This document shows positions 10,082 to 19,860 of a stretch of DNA of 64,000 bases, piece after piece. Below the pieces are notes generated by a model. That model saw only the letters and a program-made list of their open reading frames with translations. It had not been told where the DNA came from and made no database searches. Both the position numbers and the translations under genes were made by a program. Source of the stretch: Obrimoposthia wandeli. Lineage: Eukaryota. The stretch's first letter is position 1. Each line of letters starts with the position of its first letter. The stretch spans positions 1-64,000 of the forward strand of contig CDROCS010002814.1 of assembly GCA_977020255.1 (NCBI GenBank), written 5' to 3'.

Positions 10082-11557
10082 ATGAGTAAATTACTGCAAC
10101 AGATAAATAAACAAGCACTAATAGCACCTTCTAGTATCGCGCTACAGGGTGAAGAAAGTTCTCTTTCATATAGTGGGCTCATTGATAGTATAAATAGTGT
10201 AGCGGCACAGTTATCAATGTTACAGGTGCGACATATTGGTATGTACTTGGACAATCAATTTGATTGGGTGGTGATTCAATTAGCGGCAATGCAAGCCAAA
10301 ATACCGGTCACTCCTATTCCGCTGTTTTTCAGTAAACAGCAAGTGACTCATACTTTAGCAAAAAGCCAAATAGATCTTCTATTTGTCATGGATCAGTCAC
10401 AGGTTGCCACGTTATCAGTCGCGCAAGTAGATTTATCAGATATCAGTGTCATGTGCTTTAAGTTGCATCGAGAATCAAAAGAACCTGCCTGGCCTCTAGA
10501 TACAGCTTTAGTGACTTATACCTCAGGAACAACCGCAGCTCCAAAAGGCGTATGTATTAGCTACAACCTAATCGATGATGTATGCCTATCGTTATATGAA
10601 AAAACTTGCGATATAGGCATTAGTCAACACTTTTGCCTTTTACCTTTATCAATTATGTTGGAAAACATCGCGGGGCTGTTTTTAGTGCTTTATAGCGGTG
10701 CAACAGCTGTGTTGCTGCCTGCAAAAACAAGAGGTTTAGCAGGCTCTCAAGGATTGGATCTAGTTGCGCTTAGCGCCCGCTTAAAACAATTTGAGCCGCA
10801 AAGTTTAATTTTAACTCCACAGTTATTAAAGGCATTAATTTATTTAAAGCAGCAAGGGAAAAGTTTTGATTATTTAAGGTTTATTGCGGTAGGTGGTGGT
10901 CGTGTGCCATCTGAATTGTTAGCCAGTGCACAGCAATATGGATTACCGGTCTACGAAGGGTATGGGTTGAGCGAATGTGGCTCTGTTGTGAGCCTAAATA
11001 CGCCAAATCAGATTAAATTCGGCAGTGTTGGTAAACCTTTAAAACATTGTAAGGTTTCAATAACAAGCTCAGGTGAATTATGTGTAGAAGGCGCTAGCAT
11101 GCTTGGCTATTTAGGAGAGAACCAAAGCGAGGAAGGTGCGGTTAATACTGGAGATTTAGCAGCAGTAGATAGTGACGGTTATCTACACATACAAGGACGA
11201 ACTAAAAGCGTACAAATTAATAGCTATGGGCGTAATTTTAATCCTGAGTGGATAGAGTCGCAAGTATGCGCAGCACCAGGAATAGTTCACTGTGCAGTGT
11301 TTGGAGATCAACGACCCTTTATCACCGCAGTGATAGAAACTTTACCCTTTGTAGAAGATGCTCAATTAGAGCAAATAATTCAACAGTTGAATGAGCAGCT
11401 ACCTGATTACGCAAGAATTAGGGCATGGATAAGACCTGCCATTCCCTTGGTACAACAAAACAATTTAATTACCAGTAACGGGCGGGTTAGACGCGCGGCA
11501 ATTTACACAAAATATCAAAGTGAAATAGATAATAAATACCTTACTTCAGAGACTTAG
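10082..11557 (+). CDS. AMP-binding (ANL superfamily) acyl-CoA synthetase-like ligase
   Basis: YTSGTTAAPKG P-loop, YEGYGLSE, TGDLA, GR hinge. The A10 region reads SNGRVRR. Confidence 0.92.
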   Translation: MSKLLQQINKQALIAPSSIALQGEESSLSYSGLIDSINSVAAQLSMLQVRHIGMYLDNQFDWVVIQLAAMQAKIPVTPIPLFFSKQQVTHTLAKSQIDLLFVMDQSQVATLSVAQVDLSDISVMCFKLHRESKEPAWPLDTALVTYTSGTTAAPKGVCISYNLIDDVCLSLYEKTCDIGISQHFCLLPLSIMLENIAGLFLVLYSGATAVLLPAKTRGLAGSQGLDLVALSARLKQFEPQSLILTPQLLKALIYLKQQGKSFDYLRFIAVGGGRVPSELLASAQQYGLPVYEGYGLSECGSVVSLNTPNQIKFGSVGKPLKHCKVSITSSGELCVEGASMLGYLGENQSEEGAVNTGDLAAVDSDGYLHIQGRTKSVQINSYGRNFNPEWIESQVCAAPGIVHCAVFGDQRPFITAVIETLPFVEDAQLEQIIQQLNEQLPDYARIRAWIRPAIPLVQQNNLITSNGRVRRAAIYTKYQSEIDNKYLTSET

Positions 11558-11613
11558 CCCAAAAAAGCATTTAAGTCTCAGACAATAATACTTATCAAAA
11601 GGAAGAAACAGTT

Positions 11614-12261
11614 ATGAGTTTTTTTAATGAATTACAGCAACAAACAGCCGCTGAGCAACAGGTATTTCTACAGCGTAAAATAATACAAGAAACATTGGCA
11701 GGAGAGGTGAGCCTTGAACGTTACCAGGCATTTTTAACTCAAGCTTATCATCATGTTAAACATACAGTTCCATTATTAATGGCCTGCGGCTCCCGGTTGC
11801 CTGCACGTCATCAATGGCTGCAAAAGCCGGTTGCGGAATACATTGATGAGGAAATTGGGCATGAACAGTGGATCTTATCTGATTTAAAACACTGCGGAGC
11901 TGATTCACTCGCCATCGAAAATAGCGCAGCTAATCAATATACGCAAATGATGCTCGCCTACGCTTATCATCAAATAGATCGTAATAACCCTCTGGCCTTT
12001 TTTGCAATGGTGCATGTGCTAGAAGGCACCAGTACGTCTCTTGCAACGGCAATCGCGGGTTTAGTACAGAACAAATTAAATTTACCGACTAAAGCATTTA
12101 GCTATTTGTTATCGCATGGCGATCTCGATATTGAGCATGTTAAGTTCTTTGAACTGTTGATGAACAAAGTAGTAGACCCACAAGATCAGCAAGACATTAT
12201 TGAAGCGACCAAAGTGTTTTATCATTTGTACGGGGAAGTACTAGATTCGGTAGCAGTGTAA
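11614..12261 (+). CDS. Heme-oxygenase-like diiron enzyme (TenA/PqqC/CADD superfamily)
   Basis: Helical protein with putative metal ligands DEEIGH, VLEG and HGDLDIEH (H-x3-D-x2-H, as in CADD). Confidence 0.82.
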   Translation: MSFFNELQQQTAAEQQVFLQRKIIQETLAGEVSLERYQAFLTQAYHHVKHTVPLLMACGSRLPARHQWLQKPVAEYIDEEIGHEQWILSDLKHCGADSLAIENSAANQYTQMMLAYAYHQIDRNNPLAFFAMVHVLEGTSTSLATAIAGLVQNKLNLPTKAFSYLLSHGDLDIEHVKFFELLMNKVVDPQDQQDIIEATKVFYHLYGEVLDSVAV

Positions 12262-13034
12262 TGAATGTTTTAATGACAGGAGCCAGTGGTGCAATCGGGC
12301 AGAAACTCGCCCAGTCCTTAGCAAAAGAGGGGCACAGCATATTACTTATTGTGCGTGAAGAAACAGTTGGCGAGACGTTACTGCAAAGCTTACAGCAAAA
12401 TGCCGATCAGCAACACTTGCTCATTGTTGCTGATATAAATCACCCTTCGTGCCGGCAGAAAATCGAACAGCACATAAAAGCGAAGCAGATTGATATGCTA
12501 ATTAATTTAGCAGGTATCAATCAGTTCGCACATTTCAATGAGCAAACGGACCAAGATGTCGAAAAGATTATCCAGACCAATGTAATCAGCGCAATGCTGC
12601 TTACAAAGCAATTATTAACACATTTTAGTGATCACCAAGAAGCAACTATTATCAATGTAGGCTCAACTTTAGGCGCTATAGGCCATCCAGGCTACGTAGC
12701 TTATTGCACGAGTAAATTTGCATTACGCGGGTTCAGCGAAGCCTTGGATCGAGAGCTCGCAGATAGGTCTATTCAAGTGAAATATTTCGCACCAAGAACA
12801 ACCCAGTCCTCGATTAACAGTGAGCAAGCGGTTGCAATGAATAAAACCCTAGGTAATACCGTGGATAGTGTTGAGCTAGTAGTGAATGAATTTATGTCTT
12901 TTATAAAAACACATCAAAAGCAACGTTATTTAGGTTGGCCTGAAAAATTATTTGTAAAAGTAAACGCTGTATTTCCATGCTTAGTGAGCATGGCTCTAAA
13001 AAGTAAACTAGCAAAAATAAAACAATATATTTGA
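12261..13034 (+). CDS. Short-chain dehydrogenase/reductase (SDR)
   Basis: TGASGAIG cofactor motif, NLAG, NVGS and catalytic YCTSK. The start overlaps the upstream stop (TAATG). Confidence 0.93.
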   Translation: MNVLMTGASGAIGQKLAQSLAKEGHSILLIVREETVGETLLQSLQQNADQQHLLIVADINHPSCRQKIEQHIKAKQIDMLINLAGINQFAHFNEQTDQDVEKIIQTNVISAMLLTKQLLTHFSDHQEATIINVGSTLGAIGHPGYVAYCTSKFALRGFSEALDRELADRSIQVKYFAPRTTQSSINSEQAVAMNKTLGNTVDSVELVVNEFMSFIKTHQKQRYLGWPEKLFVKVNAVFPCLVSMALKSKLAKIKQYI

Positions 13035-13154
13035 AATTAATTAACAACAGTCTGAACCATATTAAGCGTAAATACTTAATATCATGTAAGTGAAATATGA
13101 TTTAAGCAAGGCGTTTTACTAAGTGGTCCTATATTAAAAATTGAGGTAAAAAGC

Positions 13155-13799
13155 ATGAAAACTAAAACGATCATTGCAATATGTACATTAATGTCTATAA
13201 GTGTGCTTGGATCAGCTAACGACACTAGTATAGATGAAAAGAAATCAGTGTTACATTTGCAAAAACAATGGGCTAATATTAAGTATCAAACCCCTAAAAA
13301 AGAGCGTGAATTAGACTTTAAATGGCTATCAACAGAAGCCAGCCAAGCGTTAAATCTTTATCCTAACTCAACGGAACTTCTTATCTGGCAGGGAATTATT
13401 TTAAGTACCTATGCCGGTGAAAAAGGGGGGTTAGGAGCGTTGAGTATGGTAAAAAAAGCTAAGGTAATGTTTGAAAAAGCGTTAGATAAAAGCCCACAAG
13501 CCCTCCAAGGTTCGGCGTATACCAGCTTAGGTAGTTTATATTATCAAGTTCCCGGCTGGCCTCTTGGTTTTGGTAATGATAAAAAAGCAGAAAAATACTT
13601 ACTTCAAGCATTGAAGCTGAATCCTAACGGCATTGATAGTAATTTCTTTTATGGTGATTTTTTATTAGATCAAGGTCGTAAAAAACAAGCCAAAAAGGTT
13701 TTAATTAAAGCCTTACAAGCTCCGCTACGTGAAGATAGACCACTAGCAGATAAAGGCCGTAGGATAGAGATTCAAGCATTACTAAAAAAGCTTTCTTGA
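13155..13799 (+). CDS. Exported TPR-repeat protein
   Basis: N-terminal signal-peptide-like segment. TPR-like helices AYTSLGSLYYQVPGWPLGFG and KAEKYLLQALKLNPNGIDSNFFYGDFL. Confidence 0.8.
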   Translation: MKTKTIIAICTLMSISVLGSANDTSIDEKKSVLHLQKQWANIKYQTPKKERELDFKWLSTEASQALNLYPNSTELLIWQGIILSTYAGEKGGLGALSMVKKAKVMFEKALDKSPQALQGSAYTSLGSLYYQVPGWPLGFGNDKKAEKYLLQALKLNPNGIDSNFFYGDFLLDQGRKKQAKKVLIKALQAPLREDRPLADKGRRIEIQALLKKLS

Positions 13800-13809
13800 T
13801 AAAAGTAAC

Positions 13810-14003
13810 ACTGTTTAATAGAGATGAATTAGGCGGAGCCTAAATCATCAAGGGTAAATTCGGGCGTGAACTTGTTAATAGCCTATGTAACTAGAAATAC
13901 CCCGCTTCACGAAATGAAGGCGAGCCTAAGCGAGAGGGCTTGCCTCGGGGATCGTTATTCTGGTTAAGGTGAGTGCAACTTACCTTAGCCTTTAATAAAC
14001 AGT
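13810..14003. other. Structured GC-rich intergenic element with 14-bp imperfect terminal inverted repeats
   Basis: Ends ACTGTTTAATAGAG / CTTTAATAAACAGT (12/14 complementary). Hairpins at 13829-13843, a multi-stem at 13900-13950, and a 12-bp stem at 13962-13990. Confidence 0.5.
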
Positions 14004-14052
14004 TAATTGAAATATTTTGCTATAAATAGAACTATCAATGTAGGAAGCATAA

Positions 14053-14706
14053 GTGATTAAAGTATTATTGGTTGAAGATGATAAGCTGATAGGTCAAGGG
14101 GTTAAATTGAATTTACAGCTAAGAAATTATCAAATTGAGTGGGTACAAGACGGTGCCAATGCTTTAGCTAGCTTGAAGCAACTAGAGCCTGATTTAGTTA
14201 TTCTTGACTTAAATTTACCTAATGTCAGTGGTATGGAAATCCTTCGCCTTGCCCGATCACAAGGAATAACAACGCCTATATTAATACTAACAGCTAGAGA
14301 TGCAATTGAGGATCGAGTGACCGGGCTTGATAAAGGAGCGGATGATTATTTAGTGAAGCCATTTAGTATTGATGAACTTGATTCTAGATTAAAAGCTCTA
14401 CACAGGCGTTTTCACGGACGCAGCGAAGAGATCATCAATTTCCAAGAAATCAAAATAAATACGCAAGCGCGCCAGGTCTTCTTCCAAGGGGATTGTATTG
14501 AAACGAGTCGTAGAGAGTATGATTTACTCGCACTTTTTTTAGATAATGTAGGTAGGGTATTAAGTAGACGGCAAATAGAGGCGAGCTTGTATGAAGACGA
14601 TATTGAGAGTAATGCTTTGGAAGTGCATATTCATAATTTACGGAAAAAATTAGGTAAAAAATTGATTACAACCGTGAGAGGAGTCGGATACTTTGTTAAA
14701 GAATAA
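14053..14706 (+). CDS. OmpR-family response regulator, QseB/PmrA-like
   Basis: LLVEDD, phosphoacceptor LDLNLP, GADDYLVKPF, winged-helix EVHIHNLRKKLG and TVRGVGY. Confidence 0.95.
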   Translation: MIKVLLVEDDKLIGQGVKLNLQLRNYQIEWVQDGANALASLKQLEPDLVILDLNLPNVSGMEILRLARSQGITTPILILTARDAIEDRVTGLDKGADDYLVKPFSIDELDSRLKALHRRFHGRSEEIINFQEIKINTQARQVFFQGDCIETSRREYDLLALFLDNVGRVLSRRQIEASLYEDDIESNALEVHIHNLRKKLGKKLITTVRGVGYFVKE

Positions 14707-16084
14707 AGGGCAATCGATTTATCAATACCTATTAAAACGCATAATAGGTATCGTTGTTATTAGTGCGATTGTCATGATGACTAGTTCAATTTATTACCTT
14801 AATCATGAGACAGAAGAGGTTTTCGATGCATCTTTAATTCAAACCAGTTTTCTGGTTAAAGCCCTGCTGCCACCACAGTTGAATATTGGCTCTTTTGTTG
14901 TACCCAAAGATTTACGCTTCAATCAATTTGTTAATTCTGATAGTTACAATGTTACAAGTGGCGAAGAAGAGAATAACGAAAAGGTTAATAAATATGAAAA
15001 TGACTTGGCCATCATCTTACAAGACAAGCAGTTGAAAGTATTATTTTCTACGATTGATTCAGCAGTTGAACTTAACCTCATTCATGAAGGCTTTGATTAT
15101 TTTACAATAGCCGGAGAAGAATGGCGGGTATTGAGTCTTTTTGATAAAGATCGAAAAATTTGGATTTCAAGTTTGCACAAACGCGAAGTACGTGATGAAT
15201 TAAATTTATATATGATTTACTCAATATTACCCCCAATTATCGGGAGTACACTATTGCTATTGATGGCGACTTTGCTTGCCATCAAAAAAGGCTTACTTCC
15301 ATTAAAAAGAATCAGCCATGATTTGATTTCACGTGACCCAAATAATTTGGCTGCTATTTCAGAACATATGATGCCTAGCGAATTGAGGCAAATAGTGACT
15401 GCGCTAAACACTATGTTTACCAAAGTAGATACCACTCTTAACCGAGAGCGGCGTTTTACAGATGATGCGGCGCACGAACTGCGTACACCATTAACAGGAA
15501 TGCACTTGCAATTAAGCCTGTTAGAAAACAGCGAAGCCAAAAAGATGTTGGGGGAAGGCGTCGAAAGAATGATTCGTTTAGTCAATCAATTATTGCAATT
15601 GGTTAGATTAGAACCTAGTCAAAGCGACTTAATTACGACGCAAAGCTGTGATCTCAAGCAACTTTTAGCCAACTCTATTGCGGATAGTTATCCATTGGCG
15701 GTGCAAAAAAATATAGAAATTGAGCTTATTGCTGATACTTGTGTAAGTGTTAAAGGGAACTCCATTCTTATTGAAGTATTAGTTAAAAACTTGTTAGAGA
15801 ACGCGATTCATTACAGTATGGCAAATAACATTGAAGTTGTATTAAAAGCGGAAGCAAGCATTCATATTTTAATAGTAGATCACGGAATAGGGCTGTCTGA
15901 TATGGATAAAAAAAATGTATCTAGACGCTTTTACCGTGTGAACAAGAACGACGGACTAGGTTCTGGGCTCGGTCTCTCTATCGTCGATAATATTGTTGAA
16001 TTGCACCAATGGAAATGCAACATGTTAGATACGAAAAATGGCGGTTTAACGGTAGAAATAACGATGGGCAATACAAAATATTGA
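14693..16084 (+). CDS. Sensor histidine kinase, QseC/PmrB-like
   Basis: Two TM helices, H-box FTDDAAHELRTPL, N-box NLLENA, G-boxes DHGIG and GSGLGL. Overlaps the response regulator stop. Confidence 0.93.
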   Translation: MLKNKGQSIYQYLLKRIIGIVVISAIVMMTSSIYYLNHETEEVFDASLIQTSFLVKALLPPQLNIGSFVVPKDLRFNQFVNSDSYNVTSGEEENNEKVNKYENDLAIILQDKQLKVLFSTIDSAVELNLIHEGFDYFTIAGEEWRVLSLFDKDRKIWISSLHKREVRDELNLYMIYSILPPIIGSTLLLLMATLLAIKKGLLPLKRISHDLISRDPNNLAAISEHMMPSELRQIVTALNTMFTKVDTTLNRERRFTDDAAHELRTPLTGMHLQLSLLENSEAKKMLGEGVERMIRLVNQLLQLVRLEPSQSDLITTQSCDLKQLLANSIADSYPLAVQKNIEIELIADTCVSVKGNSILIEVLVKNLLENAIHYSMANNIEVVLKAEASIHILIVDHGIGLSDMDKKNVSRRFYRVNKNDGLGSGLGLSIVDNIVELHQWKCNMLDTKNGGLTVEITMGNTKY

Positions 16085-16265
16085 TATTCTTGGCTACATC
16101 GCCAAGTTAGCTGAGTCATTGGCTACGTATCTATCCTCTATTTGATTGGCCTGCTTTCTTACTGGCATTGAATTTAATAAAGTGAATAGATAATAAATGA
16201 AATTTAAAGTATGATTTTTAGCTCATTATATGTCACTACGCTATTTTTAGATGATTTAAACTTAG

Positions 16266-17351
16266 GTGTTATCAATGGTAAATTTTAAATTATTAACGCA
16301 CGTTCTTATCATCCCATTAATAGCGTTAGCACTAAATGGCTGTCAGCTAATTAGAGTTGAACAAGCCTCCTTTTCTCCTAGTAGCCCGCTTCGTTATAAT
16401 GAAAAAGCAGAGCATATTTTTAACCCTTTAGGTAAAGAGTTATTTGTCTTGAAGGATAAGGCTAATGGGCTGCAAGAAAGAGGCTTTAATAGGTTTTGTC
16501 AAAATACCAAAAACACTTATTGCAAAAATCGCTTACCTTATAATAGATTTGTTGGAATGAAAGGGTACTTTGATCAGAAAAAACCGATTAAAACAGACCA
16601 CAAGAGTTTTGCTTTTTATCCGGTCGTATTAGAAAATGGCAATAGATATTTTTTTGTCTCTTTGCAAAAAGAAGGGGGGAAATATGGAAAAACCTCTCCT
16701 ATTCGCTCTATCAGTTTAGATCAACATTATTTAGAAAAGCCGCTCATCAAGAATTCAACCATCACCGTTATTGGAGAGTACACGAGCTTTGGAAAAGATT
16801 TCTATCAGCTTAATAATGGTAATGCAGTAGAGAAAAGACAACTGGAATATATTCGTGCAATTAGCGCCAAATACCCAAACCAGGCAGAAGTGGGGGAGTT
16901 ACTATTAGGTACCTTTATTGAACGAAATGAGTTGTACAAATCTTATTTGATTTACCCAAAAGCCAACACTGAAAAAACCTATGGTGGGCAAAGTAATGTA
17001 AAATTGCTGATTGGAATTAATGATCAACACCAGTGGCTTCGCTTTAAAGTTAGCCATCTGGGGAACAAGAATTTAAATATAAAGTCTTTCAGTGTTATTG
17101 CTGATGAAATGACATGGAGGTCTCCTGATTTACAGTTTGAAACATCAAGAGTGGCACAAAAATATCAGCAGTCTTTTGAAATTACCGCGAATAATCAAGA
17201 GCTAGAATTAATAAGTGCACTGTCTGTCGCATCTAAAGCTACGCTGAAATTACATGGAAGTGAAAAATCTGTTTCGCAAATATTGAAAGAGCACCAAAAG
17301 CAGCAACTTTTTGATATTACCAATCTCTACCAACTATTAGCCAAGAACTAG
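16266..17351 (+). CDS. Hypothetical lipoprotein
   Basis: 361-aa ORF with a lipobox-like LALNGC after a hydrophobic stretch. No family recognised. Confidence 0.7.
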   Translation: MLSMVNFKLLTHVLIIPLIALALNGCQLIRVEQASFSPSSPLRYNEKAEHIFNPLGKELFVLKDKANGLQERGFNRFCQNTKNTYCKNRLPYNRFVGMKGYFDQKKPIKTDHKSFAFYPVVLENGNRYFFVSLQKEGGKYGKTSPIRSISLDQHYLEKPLIKNSTITVIGEYTSFGKDFYQLNNGNAVEKRQLEYIRAISAKYPNQAEVGELLLGTFIERNELYKSYLIYPKANTEKTYGGQSNVKLLIGINDQHQWLRFKVSHLGNKNLNIKSFSVIADEMTWRSPDLQFETSRVAQKYQQSFEITANNQELELISALSVASKATLKLHGSEKSVSQILKEHQKQQLFDITNLYQLLAKN

Positions 17352-17487
17352 TTAAGCGTGTTCTATTTGGCATTAACAGGCTCTGTTAAAGAGTTATGCG
17401 TTGTTAAACTCTAGTAAGATACTGCTTAGTTGATAGTAATCTTAATCAGGCCTATATACACTATAGTTTTTCCTAAGGGCTACTCCT

Positions 17488-17985
17488 ATGTTCTGTAAAA
17501 AAATCACCTGTTCATTTAAGTTAGCAAAATTGGCCGGTATCATAATATTGCCAATGTTATTGAGTGGTATTGGTATCAACTCAGTAAATGCAGAAGAAAT
17601 AGGCAGTGTTGATACCAGTTTTAAATTGATCGGTGCTAATCATAAAATTGTAATAGAAGCATTTGATGATCCTAAAGTGAGCGGCGTGTCGTGTCATTTA
17701 TCTCGAGCTAAAAAAGGCGGCGTTTCAGGTAGCCTTGGCCTTGCAGAAGATTCTTCTGATGCTTCAATTGCTTGTCGTCAAGTTGGGCCTATTAAGATTG
17801 AGAGTGAACTAAAAGACGGAGAAAAAGTTTTTAAAGAGCGCACGTCAATTTTATTTAAAACAATGCAAGTAGTAAGAATGTTTGATAAAAAACGCAAGGT
17901 ACTTATTTATTTGGTTTACTCGGATAAGCTGGTGGATGGTTCACCTAAGAATAGTATTTCAACAGTCCCCATCAGACCTTGGTAG
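17488..17985 (+). CDS. creA: CreA family protein
   Basis: [44 protein letters not shown] and [11 protein letters not shown]. Confidence 0.93.
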   Translation: MFCKKITCSFKLAKLAGIIILPMLLSGIGINSVNAEEIGSVDTSFKLIGANHKIVIEAFDDPKVSGVSCHLSRAKKGGVSGSLGLAEDSSDASIACRQVGPIKIESELKDGEKVFKERTSILFKTMQVVRMFDKKRKVLIYLVYSDKLVDGSPKNSISTVPIRPW

Positions 17986-18036
17986 GCACGTTGAAAACGT
18001 GAGTGAAATTTAAGTTGCAAGGCACTGAGTAAACAT

Positions 18037-18867
18037 ATGCAAACATTAAAAAGACTATCAAACTTTATTTCCCCTCAACAGCTGATTAGCGATACTAGCG
18101 CACAATGGATTATTGAATGCTATGCATATGCATTGCAAAATTTTGATGAACAAGAGTTTTATCAACGCAGTGTATTAGTCAAACCTAGCAACCAGTTTTT
18201 TCCAGGAAAAGTTGCTAGTATTGAAGAGAAGGCTGAAAATATTTTCCAGCACTGTTTAAAATATTCAGGGTTACAGCATTGGCCGTTTCAGTTGTATCAT
18301 CCCGGTGAAAAGGCAGAAACGAGCCTGCATAGTTTTGGTTTTGAGGTACTTAAGCGTAATTCTGCAAATAAGCTAGATGACTTAGCCGTTAATGAAGCAT
18401 CACAGAGCCCCGCAATATCCATTTCACCTATCATGCTAAGTTACAATCCGCAGCAAACACTAAAGCCAGAAGACTTAGCGGCGAGCTATGCTCAATTACT
18501 AGCACAACACTTAATATTGCAAGCCAAGCAGCTGCCGCCAGGTGGAAAAGATTACTTTATAGAAGCAAGTGAAGTAGTTGGTGTTTTTATGGGCTTTGGC
18601 ATTGTTATGTGTAATTCTGCTTATACTTTTCGAGGAGGATGCGGTAGTTGCTTTAATGCAGCAGCCAATAGGCAAGCAAGCTTAGCGGAAGGTGAGGTGC
18701 TATTTGCGTTGGCACTGTATTGCCATCTGAAAAAAATTGATGATGGCGAAGTGACTCAGCATCTTAAAAAACATCTGAAACGTAGCTATAAAACAGCCGT
18801 TAAACAAGTGAGTAAGATGGCAGAAAGTAGTTTGTTAACTGCTTTGCAAAGCCAGCCATCAACTTGA
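18037..18867 (+). CDS. Conserved hypothetical protein, possibly a degenerate zincin-like fold
   Basis: Coding-like 276-aa ORF with LAQHL...PPGG...FMGFG and a Cys-rich CNSAY..GGCGSC segment. Confidence 0.7.
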   Translation: MQTLKRLSNFISPQQLISDTSAQWIIECYAYALQNFDEQEFYQRSVLVKPSNQFFPGKVASIEEKAENIFQHCLKYSGLQHWPFQLYHPGEKAETSLHSFGFEVLKRNSANKLDDLAVNEASQSPAISISPIMLSYNPQQTLKPEDLAASYAQLLAQHLILQAKQLPPGGKDYFIEASEVVGVFMGFGIVMCNSAYTFRGGCGSCFNAAANRQASLAEGEVLFALALYCHLKKIDDGEVTQHLKKHLKRSYKTAVKQVSKMAESSLLTALQSQPST

Positions 18868-18993
18868 TATTAGTATGACAGCTTGAAAAATCAGCATAAC
18901 AACTGTGCTCAATCATAAGCCGTTAAACCGGGCTCAATATACTCATTTACACGCTGATTAGCTGTTTGTTTGTATTTCAGTAAATGCCAGCAA

Positions 18994-19818
18994 TTAAATA
19001 TTGCTGGTTAATTTACCCGTGATTTCTAAGTTGACAGACTTATACAGTAAATCAAATTTATCGAGGTAGTTGGTAATACTCATGAAAGTTGCGGTTTTTA
19101 CTGTTGAGTTATGATCAGACGTGGTTACTCCGCCAACAAAAGCACTACCTAGCATCAGCTTAAATGGATTTGTGTGTACTTTTTGTGGTTTAAAATAGGC
19201 ATTATTATTGGCATATAATCGTTTGAGATTAGTTGTTTGATAGATAGCTGAATTTAGCATTAAAAGAGTATGTTCGGTACAGTTTTGAAATCGGCTATTC
19301 ATCGGGTTTGCGATAACCGAATAGTTTGAGTTGTGTAATTTTTGCGCTGCCCCAGAATGTATGGATTCTATTAAACGCTGTTGTACAGCTGGCGTTGGAA
19401 TACTTATGCCAGCAGTAAGTTGTTGTGCTCCCCAAAAAAAATCTACCGGATAATCAGTCACTAGGTCACTAATATGGGGCTGTTTATCACGTTGATACAA
19501 ATTATGAATAACGTAGCCTTTCGCTTTTTTACCACTTTTTAGCGTGATCTGTGAGTAAACAGCAATGGCTGTATGGGTGTATTTAATGCCTCTAGGTAAA
19601 TCTTTAGGGTCTTGTCCTACTCGGCCAATAATAAATGCTCTAGCCCCTTGTCTAGCGGCATAGTGTTCTACTTGTTTGGCGAAGTTAGAAATTTGTATAG
19701 CTGAATATTTTGCGGGCGTATTACTCTGGCTTCCAGCCATAACAGGAATGCAGGTAGTTAACAAAACGGTAACAATCGCGCTTTTTAATTTTGTAAAATA
19801 TTTTTTAAATGCACACAT
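18994..19818 (-). CDS. DUF2145 family exported protein (possible permuted papain-like amidase)
   Basis: Signal peptide, IIGRVGQD, YTHTAIA, HNLY, YSVIANP and FQNCTE motifs. Confidence 0.78.
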   Translation of the reverse strand: MCAFKKYFTKLKSAIVTVLLTTCIPVMAGSQSNTPAKYSAIQISNFAKQVEHYAARQGARAFIIGRVGQDPKDLPRGIKYTHTAIAVYSQITLKSGKKAKGYVIHNLYQRDKQPHISDLVTDYPVDFFWGAQQLTAGISIPTPAVQQRLIESIHSGAAQKLHNSNYSVIANPMNSRFQNCTEHTLLMLNSAIYQTTNLKRLYANNNAYFKPQKVHTNPFKLMLGSAFVGGVTTSDHNSTVKTATFMSITNYLDKFDLLYKSVNLEITGKLTSNI

Positions 19819-19860
19819 ACTAATATCCTTTTATTATTTAAAATCAGCTAGAAAATGACA

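Noticed and set aside
13810-14003. Known riboswitch (TPP, c-di-GMP-I, SAM, glycine), hammerhead or group II intron domain V
   Set aside because: Diagnostic cores (e.g. GCTGAGA, GGCAAACC..GAAA..GCAAAG, CTGATGA, GAGCCG..GAAA) were not found by eye.
16087-16104. Shared TCGCCAAGT with ~45320 as a repeat family
   Set aside because: The match is only 9 bp; each is better explained as a local hairpin between convergent or tandem genes.
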